64,000 nt of DNA, taken from assembly GCA_003670475.1 (NCBI GenBank), contig QWRJ01000004.1, forward strand, positions 622-64,621, read 5' to 3'. The position numbers and the translations under genes are program-made. The notes under the pieces were generated by a model, which was given only the letters and a program-made list of their open reading frames with translations, was not told the origin of the DNA and ran no database searches. This document shows, piece by piece, positions 18,012 through 25,560 of the stretch. The stretch is from Candidatus Limnocylindrus sp. ZSMar2m-chloro-G89. Its GTDB lineage: Bacteria > Chloroflexota > Limnocylindria > Limnocylindrales > Limnocylindraceae. The number at the start of each line of letters is the position of its first letter. Position 1 is the stretch's first letter.

Positions 18012-18827
18012 CTATGCTCTCATCTTGGCTGCGCCATCCAACCGGCTGAGGAGTACGTCAAACAGTAAGGTACCTGAGGCAAAGAGCAGGATCGGGCTCC
18101 ACGTGGTCGTGATCGCAACGGCAAACAGCGCGACCGCAGCCGCCACACGGAACCGCTTGCCGATCATCCGCGAGGTTCCGCCAATCATGCGAACTAGGAG
18201 TCGGTGTCCGAACACTCGGTAGATCAGCGCAAAAAGGAGCGCGGCAACGTAGATGACCAGGAGGTTCATCAGGCCGTAGCGGGTGCTGACGAGCTCAACG
18301 GCTGATGTGCCGAAGAACTCCTGCTGAATGCCAGGGAGGACGGCGAGGGCGTTTGCCCGATCCTCCAGATCAAAGAACTCGATCTCTCCGATCGCAAGCG
18401 AGTACTTGCTGGTGTTGTCGGGACTCGAGATCCGAATCGAATAGACTCCTGGCGCCGCGCGAAGGCGGTACTCGCCAGCGTCCCAATAGGTGTTCTGTCC
18501 GAACGGCTCGTAGAAGGTCACCCACTCCGCGTCGACCCCGCCGAGAGTTTCCACCAGCTCGTTGCCGCGGAAGATCTCCGCCTTCACGTCCCGCTTCGGA
18601 GTCTCGCTATCTGGCACGAGAATCCCAACGTAGAGGTCAAACTCAACATCGGATGTGATCACGTAGGTGTGCGCTTCACCGGAGAGCACGCCGTAGTAGG
18701 CCTTTGAGATCTCGGGGTCAACGACCTCGGTCGTCTCGCTGTCGACCACCACCGGCTGGTGGGCGAGAGCCGGCCCCGCCGAAAGCAGCATCAGACCCGC
18801 AAAGAGAAGCGAAGCGAACACCTTCAT
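18012..18827 (-). CDS. hypothetical secreted and membrane-anchored protein (271 aa), low-GC gene
   Basis: It has a signal peptide MKVFASLLFAGLMLLSAGPALA followed by HQPVVVD, a beta-rich domain of about 170 aa, and about 3 C-terminal TM segments. A strong SD (GAGGAGGAGG) precedes it. Confidence 0.7.
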   Translation of the reverse strand: MKVFASLLFAGLMLLSAGPALAHQPVVVDSETTEVVDPEISKAYYGVLSGEAHTYVITSDVEFDLYVGILVPDSETPKRDVKAEIFRGNELVETLGGVDAEWVTFYEPFGQNTYWDAGEYRLRAAPGVYSIRISSPDNTSKYSLAIGEIEFFDLEDRANALAVLPGIQQEFFGTSAVELVSTRYGLMNLLVIYVAALLFALIYRVFGHRLLVRMIGGTSRMIGKRFRVAAAVALFAVAITTTWSPILLFASGTLLFDVLLSRLDGAAKMRA

Positions 18828-18871
18828 CTCAACCTCCTCCTCATGCGCTCGTCCGCGTATCCGTCTGCTCG

Positions 18872-18877
18872 ATCGTA
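18872..18877 (-). promoter_or_regulatory. candidate -10 box TACGAT for the low-GC two-gene cassette (leadered)
   Basis: On the minus strand TACGAT lies just after the permease terminator hairpin and about 40 nt before ATG 18827. The SD GAGGAGGAGG lies in between. Confidence 0.35.
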
Positions 18878-18889
18878 CCGAGAAATAGC

Positions 18890-18917
18890 GAGGCCGGCCC
18901 CCGAAGGGACCGGCCTC
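18890..18917 (-). terminator. intrinsic-terminator-like hairpin downstream of the purine permease
   Basis: GAGGCCGGCCC-ccgaa-GGGaCCGGCCTC forms 11 bp with one bulge. On the minus strand GCUAUUUCU follows it. Confidence 0.55.
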
Positions 18918-18946
18918 ACCTGCCCACGAGGGCGAACGTCTACGAA

Positions 18947-20350
18947 CTAGACGGCGATGATGCCGAGCTTCACCAGGAAGTAAAGGACGAACGCTGCAAT
19001 GGAGACCCAGAAGAGGGGCTTCACGTCGCTCGCCTTCCCTGACGTCACCTTCAGGATGCCGTAGGTAAGGAACCCTACGCCGATCCCGTCAGTGATTGAG
19101 TACGAGAGTGGCATCACGATCAGCGTCGCGAGGATTGGGAAGCCGTCGGTGGCATCCTTCCACTGCACATCGCGGATCGCCTCAAACATGAGGTAGCCGA
19201 TGATTACGAGTGCTGGTGCGGTTGCCGCAGCTGGAACGATTCCAGCGATCGGCGAAAGGAGTACGGCGCAGAGGAAGAGTGCGCCGGTCACCACGCTGGT
19301 GAGACCGGTGCGACCACCCTCCTTGATTCCGGCCGCAGACTCAATGTACGTTGTGTTTGAAGAGACGCCGAGCGCGCCGCCCGCCGCCGCTGCGATTGAG
19401 TCAACAAGCAGGACGCGATTTGCACCCGGGAGTTCACCCTTGCTGTTCAAGAGTCCGGCGCGTGCACCAAGTCCAACCATCGTGCCGGCCGTATCAAAGA
19501 AGTCGCTCAACATGATGGAGAAGACGGCGAGTGCAACCGCAAGGAAGCCCGCGCCGCTTGACCAGACGCTGAACATCGCCCCGAACGCCTGACCGATCCC
19601 AACAAAGTTGGACGAGTCAAGTGGGCTGACGAAGCTGCTCGGAATTGAAGAGACGCCAAGTACGAGCGCCACCAGGGTGCCCACACCGATCGAAATCAGA
19701 AGACCACCCGGCTTGCGGATCAGCGCAAGTGCGGTAAGTAGTCCGGCGCCAAAGATTGCAAGGTGCGGAAGATCCGCCGTTGGAATCTCAGTGCCACCGA
19801 AGCCGATGCCCGAGAAGAGTCCGAGCGGCACGGTGCCAGCGAACGACTTCACGATAACATTCGCCTCAAAGAGACCGATCAGGAGCAGGAAGAGTCCAAT
19901 GCCCACGGCAATGGCGCGCTTCAGGTTGAGCGGGATCGCCTCAAGGATCGCCTTGCGGAATCCGGTGAGCATCAGGATCGTAATGAAGATGCCCTCCCAG
20001 ACGATGACCGCCATCGCCTCAGCCCATGTGAGGCCGAGTCCGAGGATCAGCTGGAATGCAACAACCGCGTTGAGCCCCATGCCTGCGGCGATTGCGAACG
20101 GATAGTTCGCAACAACGCCCATGAGAATCGTGAGTAGACCCGCACCGAGTGCGGTGACGGCGAAGATCGCTTCAGCGCTCGGTGCGCCCGCAGCGCCGAT
20201 CGCGCCGCCCGCGGCGCCCGCGCCGATGTAGTTCGCATTGACGAAGATGATGTACGCCATCACAAGGAACGTGGTTGCGCCGGCGCGGACTTCCGTCCCT
20301 ACCGTGGTGCCACGCTTCTTGAGCTCGAAGTACTTGGCAATGCTTGCCAT
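18947..20350 (-). CDS. NCS2-family purine permease (AzgA/PbuG-type adenine/guanine/hypoxanthine)
   Basis: The N-terminus YFELKKRGTTVGTEVRAGATTFLVMAYIIFVNANY is characteristic of this family. The 467-aa product is polytopic. Confidence 0.88.
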   Translation of the reverse strand: MASIAKYFELKKRGTTVGTEVRAGATTFLVMAYIIFVNANYIGAGAAGGAIGAAGAPSAEAIFAVTALGAGLLTILMGVVANYPFAIAAGMGLNAVVAFQLILGLGLTWAEAMAVIVWEGIFITILMLTGFRKAILEAIPLNLKRAIAVGIGLFLLLIGLFEANVIVKSFAGTVPLGLFSGIGFGGTEIPTADLPHLAIFGAGLLTALALIRKPGGLLISIGVGTLVALVLGVSSIPSSFVSPLDSSNFVGIGQAFGAMFSVWSSGAGFLAVALAVFSIMLSDFFDTAGTMVGLGARAGLLNSKGELPGANRVLLVDSIAAAAGGALGVSSNTTYIESAAGIKEGGRTGLTSVVTGALFLCAVLLSPIAGIVPAAATAPALVIIGYLMFEAIRDVQWKDATDGFPILATLIVMPLSYSITDGIGVGFLTYGILKVTSGKASDVKPLFWVSIAAFVLYFLVKLGIIAV

Positions 20351-20514
20351 GTAACCCTCCCGCTAGGCCGATCAAATCGGACGGCCGGCCGGACCTCCAC
20401 CTCCGGGGGGCCTCCGCGCCCCTGGAGTGACCGCCGAAACGGCCCGCGTCGTGTCAGCACCAACCTACGGTCGTGGAGGGGTCACTACAAGTGGCAAATA
20501 TGGGCAAAACGCTA
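20351..20514 (-). promoter_or_regulatory. candidate promoter (TAGCGT at 20509-20514) plus structured 5' leader of about 150 nt for the NCS2 purine permease
   Basis: AGUGACC (20486-20480) can pair with GGUCACU (20432-20426). CCUCCAC (20479-20473) is complementary both to GUGGAGG (20400-20394) and to the SD GGGAGGG. The leader is unusually long in a window dominated by leaderless genes. Confidence 0.35.
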
Positions 20515-20570
20515 GGAAGTAGTGGGTATTATTCGTGCAACTGCACAAGTTAGGCGTGAGCGAGCGCCAC

Positions 20571-22217
20571 CTAGGCGCCGAGTAGCCCCTCGCGCACCTC
20601 GTCCACTGCGGCCGGATCCATGGAGAGCTCGTAGATGCCGATCTCAGTGAGGAGTCGAGCGCCGCTCACGCTGCCAGCAAGCTCGCCACAGACCCCTACC
20701 TCAACGCCAGCCTTCTTCGCCCCTTCGACTACGGCCCGCAAGAGCGCCACAACGCCCGGTGCAGAGGCGTCTTGCAGCGCAACGAGCGCCGGATTGATCC
20801 GATCTGCGGCCATGGCGTACTGCGTCAAGTCGTTCGTCCCCACGCTGACAAAGTCCAACCCTGCGGCGAGTTCCGCAATCGTCAGCGCCGCCGCTGGCAC
20901 TTCAATCATGACGCCGATCGCGGCTGGATGCGCCGCCGCGGTCGACTCACCACGCGCGGAGAGATCGGCGCGCACTGTCTTGATTAAACCAAGAAGATCA
21001 TCCACTTCGGCACGAACGGAGATCATCGGCGCCATGATGCGCAACGCGCCGCCCGTGGCCGCCGCAGCGCGGAGCGCCGCCGCTACTTGCGACGCAAAGA
21101 GTGCGCGCAGGTCTGGTCGATCTTTGATCATCGCCAGCCGATATCCGCGCAGACCGAGGAAAGGATTCGCCTCATGTGGCAACTTCAGATACGGAATCTC
21201 CTTGTCGCCGCCAATGTCGGCGAGTCGCAGTGTTAGTGGTCGATCTGATCCGAGCGCCTCAAACACCTTGGTGAAGGCGCGCAGCTGCTCACGCTCATCT
21301 GGTGGGGTCTCGCGATCAAGCAGCAGGAATTCGGATCGCAGCAGGCCAACCCCTTCGGCGCCCACATCCACCGCGCGTGCCGCACCATCTGCTGATCCGA
21401 TGTTCGCGTAGAGGTGCACGCGCGTGCCGTTCGCCATGACGCACGGTTTGCCGCGCAGCGCAGCGCGACGTGTGGCATCAACCGCGCCCTGTTTCTTCAC
21501 CGCGTCGGCTGCCGCAAGATCGGCACTGCTCGGAGCAAGTGTCAGCGTCCCAGCGGCACCATCAACGACTGCCTGAACGCCGTCTAGCGAGCCGTCAACT
21601 TCAAGTTTGCGCGCGGCAACAATGCAGGGGATCCCCGCGGCGCGCGCCAAGATCACCGCATGCGCAGTTCGCGAACCGGCACGAAGCGCAATGCCGAGCA
21701 GGTGCTCACGGGGAATCTCGGCAGAGACGCTCGGCGGAAGATCCTCTGCAACCAAGATGACTGGGCGGCCCGGAAGCGGAATCGTGGTGCCGGCCAAGAT
21801 GCGCGCCGCGCGCGAGGCAACGTCGCGAACATCGGCGGCACGCGCCGCCAGGTACTCGTCAGGGAGTGAGGCGAGCAGCGCCGCCTGGGCCTCCCCCGCC
21901 GCAATCAGCGCCGCAACGCCGTCAGCGCCACCCTTCGCCGCGTCGCGGATCGCCGCAACGAAGGCGGGGTCGCTCGCCATGGTTGCCTGCATTGAGAAGA
22001 TCTCGCTCTCTTCTGCCGCACCCGCCGCGCTGCGCGCTGCGGCAATCTCCGTGAGCTGCGCTGCGGCCGTAGCCAGCGCCGCGATCGCTTCGTCCAACGT
22101 TGCCCCACTTCGCTGCACGGGGGTGAGCACTGAGGCGGGGAGCGTCCAGACTGGACCAGTCGCACTCCCCGGGGAGCCTGGTGCCCCCGTCCGCACCCCT
22201 GCTGCGCTGCTACTCAT
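20571..22217 (-). CDS. ptsI: phosphoenolpyruvate-protein phosphotransferase (PTS enzyme I)
   Basis: GSRTAHAVILARAAGIPCIV contains the phospho-His region. DIGGDKEIPYL, NPFLGLRGYRL, VGTNDLTQY and CGELAG are also present. I trimmed the start to ATG 22217 because the longer ORF overlaps tRNA-Arg. Confidence 0.9.
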   Translation of the reverse strand: MSSSAAGVRTGAPGSPGSATGPVWTLPASVLTPVQRSGATLDEAIAALATAAAQLTEIAAARSAAGAAEESEIFSMQATMASDPAFVAAIRDAAKGGADGVAALIAAGEAQAALLASLPDEYLAARAADVRDVASRAARILAGTTIPLPGRPVILVAEDLPPSVSAEIPREHLLGIALRAGSRTAHAVILARAAGIPCIVAARKLEVDGSLDGVQAVVDGAAGTLTLAPSSADLAAADAVKKQGAVDATRRAALRGKPCVMANGTRVHLYANIGSADGAARAVDVGAEGVGLLRSEFLLLDRETPPDEREQLRAFTKVFEALGSDRPLTLRLADIGGDKEIPYLKLPHEANPFLGLRGYRLAMIKDRPDLRALFASQVAAALRAAAATGGALRIMAPMISVRAEVDDLLGLIKTVRADLSARGESTAAAHPAAIGVMIEVPAAALTIAELAAGLDFVSVGTNDLTQYAMAADRINPALVALQDASAPGVVALLRAVVEGAKKAGVEVGVCGELAGSVSGARLLTEIGIYELSMDPAAVDEVREGLLGA

Positions 22218-22240
22218 GAGGGGGAGTATCGCAGAGAAAA

Positions 22241-22317
22241 TGGTGGCCCCGGCAGGAGTTGAACCTGCGACCAACTGCTTAGAAGGCAGCTGCTCTAATC
22301 CACTGAGCTACGGGGCC
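22241..22317 (-). tRNA. tRNA-Arg (anticodon UCU), CCA encoded
   Basis: Manual cloverleaf: acceptor GGCCCCG/CGGGGCC, anticodon loop CTTCTAA, T-arm GCAGGTTCAACTCCTGC. Length 77 nt. Confidence 0.9.
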
Positions 22318-22324
22318 TCTGGGC

Positions 22325-22330
22325 TAGAAT
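22325..22330 (+). promoter_or_regulatory. candidate -10 box TAGAAT, 7 nt before ATG 22338
   Basis: The sequence reads TAGAATagcggtcATG. Confidence 0.4.
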
Positions 22331-22337
22331 AGCGGTC

Positions 22338-22565
22338 ATGCAGGCCATGTACGACCCTACCGAGCTCGCCTCCATGGACCCCCTCGTCCTGATGAAGAAC
22401 CTCGACCACTGCCGCATGACCTCCCGCCGCCTCTCCTACATCCTGCAGCAGCAGGTCCACCTCTATACCCCCGAGGCGAACAAGCTCCGCGACGAGATTG
22501 ACCACTACGTGGAGGCCGAGCGCCAGTTGGAAGCCGAGATGGCAAGGCGGCGAATCCGCGCCTAG
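22338..22565 (+). CDS. small hypothetical protein (75 aa, coiled-coil-like C-terminus)
   Basis: The ATG lies 7 nt downstream of TAGAAT, the leaderless pattern seen elsewhere in the window. I recognise no family. Confidence 0.45.
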   Translation: MQAMYDPTELASMDPLVLMKNLDHCRMTSRRLSYILQQQVHLYTPEANKLRDEIDHYVEAERQLEAEMARRRIRA

Positions 22566-22625
22566 CGGTGCTTCGCCGTAGCGCAGGCGCGCAGGTATGC
22601 GGAGGAAGTGGAGCGAGGACTGAGA

Positions 22626-23573
22626 CTAGCGGCTTGGGTCCAGGCGCGGAACGGAGGATGCTGCCAGGCGCTCCTCGAAGCGGCGGGCGGCGGAATCAAG
22701 TTTCTCGAGATGTTCATGCAGGCGGAGGCGCGCCTGCTCAGCCGCAGCATCAAGTCCGCTAAGTTCGAAGACACCCCAGAAGCGCAGGATCGGCATTAGG
22801 ACGTCATCGCGATGGATGCGCAGGTCGTAGATCCCAGCCTTCGCCACATCGGCGGCCTTCCTGAGGAAGTTCGGAATGCCTGCACCCGGCATCTGGAAGG
22901 CAAGAACCTCGTCGACGATTGCTCGCACCGCCGCGGACGGTTCGATCTGGATCGCGGCCTTCAGCATGTCGCGGTAGAAGACCATGTGGAGGTTCTCGTC
23001 GGTCGCGATCCGGACCATGATCCGATCCGCCACGGGATCGTCCGAATAGCGGCCGGTGTTCCGGTGCGCGATCCGCGTCGCAAGCTCCTGGAAGGCGACG
23101 TATGCAAGGCCGTGAAGAGTGTCGGGGAATGGATGGTCGTAGCCCTGCTGGAGTTGAGACATACGACCACGCTCCAACAGAACTGGATCAATGTTGCGCG
23201 TGACCGTCAAGTAATCGCGCAGGACGATGGCGTGCCGTCCCTCTTCCGCTGTCCAGCGGCCCACCCAGTTCACCCAGGCACCGTCGCCAGAACCGAACAT
23301 CCCGTGAATAAGTCGGTGGTAGCTCGGCAGGTTGTCTTCGGTCAGCAGCCCAATCTCAAACGCGGTCTGCGCCACGCCCGTCAGTCGCGGCTGGTCTGGG
23401 GTCCAGGGCTCCTTATCGAAGTCTCGGCCGAGGCGGTACGGAATGTAGTCGTGCGGGAACCACTCCTCGGCGATCGAGAGATGGCGATTTAGCAGCCGAC
23501 CTGCCTCGGGTTCGAGCTCCATGAGGATCCGCCGGTCGAGTGCGGTTCCTTCGATAGGCTGCTCATCAGTCAT
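22626..23573 (-). CDS. acyl-ACP desaturase (soluble di-iron, DesA-like)
   Basis: The motifs TEDNLPSYH, WTAEEGRHAIVLRDYL, ELATRIAHRNTG and DENLHMVFYRD provide the EXXH di-iron ligand pattern. ATG 23573 sits 7 nt after TACCAT. A TTG at 23597 is the alternative start. Confidence 0.88.
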   Translation of the reverse strand: MTDEQPIEGTALDRRILMELEPEAGRLLNRHLSIAEEWFPHDYIPYRLGRDFDKEPWTPDQPRLTGVAQTAFEIGLLTEDNLPSYHRLIHGMFGSGDGAWVNWVGRWTAEEGRHAIVLRDYLTVTRNIDPVLLERGRMSQLQQGYDHPFPDTLHGLAYVAFQELATRIAHRNTGRYSDDPVADRIMVRIATDENLHMVFYRDMLKAAIQIEPSAAVRAIVDEVLAFQMPGAGIPNFLRKAADVAKAGIYDLRIHRDDVLMPILRFWGVFELSGLDAAAEQARLRLHEHLEKLDSAARRFEERLAASSVPRLDPSR

Positions 23574-23580
23574 CCGCAAA

Positions 23581-23586
23581 ATGGTA
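23581..23586 (-). promoter_or_regulatory. candidate -10 box TACCAT, 7 nt before ATG 23573 (desaturase)
   Basis: The minus strand reads TACCATtttgcggATG. Confidence 0.4.
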
Positions 23587-23630
23587 CCAGACGCCAACAG
23601 CGAAAAGGGACCTTCTGGGTGGGCGGTGGT

Positions 23631-23707
23631 TGGTAGCGCATACCGGATTCGAACCGGTGATCTCTGCCTTGAGAGGGCAGTGTCCTAGGCCGCTAGACGA
23701 ATGCGCC
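23631..23707 (-). tRNA. tRNA-Glu (anticodon CUC), CCA encoded
   Basis: Manual cloverleaf: acceptor GGCGCAT/ATGCGCT, anticodon loop CTCTCAA, T-arm ACCGGTTCGAATCCGGT. Confidence 0.85.
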
Positions 23708-23748
23708 AGATGCGGGCAGAGCCCGCGGGGAGAGAGTCTAGCAGCGAG

Positions 23749-25032
23749 TTAGCCGACGCGGTTGATCTCGTGGGCGAGGAAGAGGAGGCCCGTTGGGGGC
23801 TTCGGGGCGAATAAGGTCGACTTCTGGGGCATCGTCTCCCCCGCCTCAGCCACCGCCACCACCTGCTCTGGCCGCTCACCGTGCAGGAGGAGTACGGCGC
23901 TCGGCGTGGGGTCGGCCAGTGCGCTGCTGATCGCCTGCTCCGCGCCGCGCACATAGCGAAGCGCGCCAGCCGCGGCGGCTGCGGCGTCAATGCCAAGCGC
24001 CTGATCAAGGAGCACGGCGAGGGCGGTGACAGAAAGCGACTGATATGCCGTGGAGCGCCCTGGAAGTGCTGCGCTGATCGCCGCACGATCAAGCGTGAGC
24101 AGTGCTGCCCCCGTTTTTGTCACAACGCCAATCTGCAGCTCGGCGCCCTCTGGAGCACCGTCCGCAAAGCGTGCCGCGAGCTGTTCGCTCGTTGTTGCGG
24201 TGTGATGTGTGACGAGCGGCGAGGCGGAGAGTTTCGCGAGTAGTGACACCGGATCTGGTGCGGCAACGATCCGATGCGTTGCGTAGAGCGCAGGCGCGCA
24301 GCGGTCGGATTCAACTATGAGTCCGAGTGCGGTGGTGAGGCCGCCACTCTCGGCGTAGTCGCGCGCCGTCTCGTAGCGGTGATGTCCGTCGGCGATCACA
24401 AGGTCCGCGCCGTTCGCCCAGGCAAGGAGTTCTGCACCGTGCTTCGTTGCGGGGTCAACGCGCCAAAGGGTGAAGTCGCTCCCTGACGGGGTGAGACCCG
24501 TTGCGCACGGTGCGGACTTGGAAGCTGCGTCTGCGGCGCTTGTGAATTGATCATGTCCTCCCGCGCGGAGAAGGATCACGGGGGAGAGATTCGCCTGAAC
24601 CGCTTCAATCAGCGCCCGACGATCGGCCTTCGGTCCGGTGAGCGTTAACTCGTGGCGCAAGATGCCTGTCTCGGCTCCATACGGTCCCACGGGGATACCG
24701 GCGAAGACGCCTCTAATCGTACGTCCGCTTGGAGGTCGCTCTTCATACAGATAGATGTGTGGCGTCGTGTCATCAACGAGTGTGCCGTCACCTCGCCAGC
24801 TGCTCCAGGTTGCGGCGGTGCGCGGATACTGCGCGCCGCTTGACTCACCCCTTTCAAGGATCGGGAGGTCAAGGGCGACCGAGTTTTGTGGCTGTGCCGC
24901 AAGTAGCTCGCGCCTCTGATCTGCACTGATCACGTCATACGGCGGGCTGAGGAGCGCGTCGAGGGCGCCACGCGGCGATCCGTCTAGTGCGACGGCGAAG
25001 GTGGTTGCGCGGAAGGCTCGGACTCGTCTCAT
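23749..25032 (-). CDS. DUF1015-family protein
   Basis: The N-terminus MRRVRAFRATTF...LLSPPYDVIS and the 427-aa length match my recollection of DUF1015. The ATG sits 6 nt after TAGAAT. Confidence 0.7.
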   Translation of the reverse strand: MRRVRAFRATTFAVALDGSPRGALDALLSPPYDVISADQRRELLAAQPQNSVALDLPILERGESSGAQYPRTAATWSSWRGDGTLVDDTTPHIYLYEERPPSGRTIRGVFAGIPVGPYGAETGILRHELTLTGPKADRRALIEAVQANLSPVILLRAGGHDQFTSAADAASKSAPCATGLTPSGSDFTLWRVDPATKHGAELLAWANGADLVIADGHHRYETARDYAESGGLTTALGLIVESDRCAPALYATHRIVAAPDPVSLLAKLSASPLVTHHTATTSEQLAARFADGAPEGAELQIGVVTKTGAALLTLDRAAISAALPGRSTAYQSLSVTALAVLLDQALGIDAAAAAAGALRYVRGAEQAISSALADPTPSAVLLLHGERPEQVVAVAEAGETMPQKSTLFAPKPPTGLLFLAHEINRVG

Positions 25033-25038
25033 GTTTTG

Positions 25039-25044
25039 ATTCTA
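25039..25044 (-). promoter_or_regulatory. candidate -10 box TAGAAT, 6 nt before ATG 25032 (DUF1015)
   Basis: The minus strand reads TAGAATcaaaacATG. Confidence 0.45.
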
Positions 25045-25053
25045 CCTGCGGTG

Positions 25054-25059
25054 TACGCT
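25054..25059 (+). promoter_or_regulatory. candidate -10 box TACGCT, 6 nt before ATG 25066 (lipoprotein)
   Basis: The sequence reads TACGCTtggcacATG. It is divergent from the DUF1015 promoter, and only 33 nt separate the two start codons. Confidence 0.4.
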
Positions 25060-25065
25060 TGGCAC

Positions 25066-25539
25066 ATGCAGATCAAACAGCGAGGCGCTACCCCACTCAT
25101 CCTGGCAACGCTCCTACTGCTAACTGCGAGTGGCTGTGGCTCCGTCCTTGATGACGCTCGCGGGGAGCCGGCGGCTACTCCAACCAACTTCAATGGGCTC
25201 GTTGAGCAGCTCGCAGCACGAGAGTTTTCCGTTGCCAACGTGGTGAGCGGTGACCCAGGCTGCAGTGACCAGGCCCTAGTGCCGATGGCGATCGCCTTTG
25301 AGGTATCGGGTGGTGGCCTTGAAGGCTCCGTCCAGGCTCGCGTCTACCGCTTCAAGAACGATGAGAGTTACCAGAAGCTGCGTGCAAGCGTTGACACCTG
25401 TGCCGCAGAGTGGATCAGCGACCCAGCAACCCTGCTAATGGTTGACGCCTCCCCCTACGTGCTGGTGACCGAGGGGGTTCCTGCGGGGGCTGCGGCGGAT
25501 GCGATGCGCGCTGCGCTGCGCGAGGCGGCTGGCGAGTAG
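25066..25539 (+). CDS. hypothetical lipoprotein
   Basis: MQIKQRGATPLILATLLLLTASGC has a lipobox. The ATG sits 6 nt after TACGCT. Confidence 0.65.
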   Translation: MQIKQRGATPLILATLLLLTASGCGSVLDDARGEPAATPTNFNGLVEQLAAREFSVANVVSGDPGCSDQALVPMAIAFEVSGGGLEGSVQARVYRFKNDESYQKLRASVDTCAAEWISDPATLLMVDASPYVLVTEGVPAGAAADAMRAALREAAGE

Positions 25540-25560
25540 TCCGCCCTTAAGCGAGAGGCG

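Noticed and set aside
20351-20570. I looked for a canonical guanine/adenine (purine) riboswitch upstream of the NCS2 permease.
   Set aside because: I could not find the conserved three-way-junction core (UAUA..., loop-loop motifs, the ...CUAC.../...GACUA... junctions) on the minus strand. I kept only a generic structured-leader hypothesis. A covariance-model scan is still needed.
22218-22274. The longer ptsI ORF would start at 22274.
   Set aside because: The extra 19 codons overlap the tRNA-Arg gene (22241-22317). ATG 22217 gives a full-length enzyme I.
10621-23707. I checked for genomic islands, integrases or att-like repeats next to the three tRNA genes.
   Set aside because: The genes flanking the tRNAs are ordinary metabolic genes (carA, the SGNH hydrolase, ptsI, the desaturase and DUF1015). 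I saw no integrase and no direct repeat of a tRNA 3' end.
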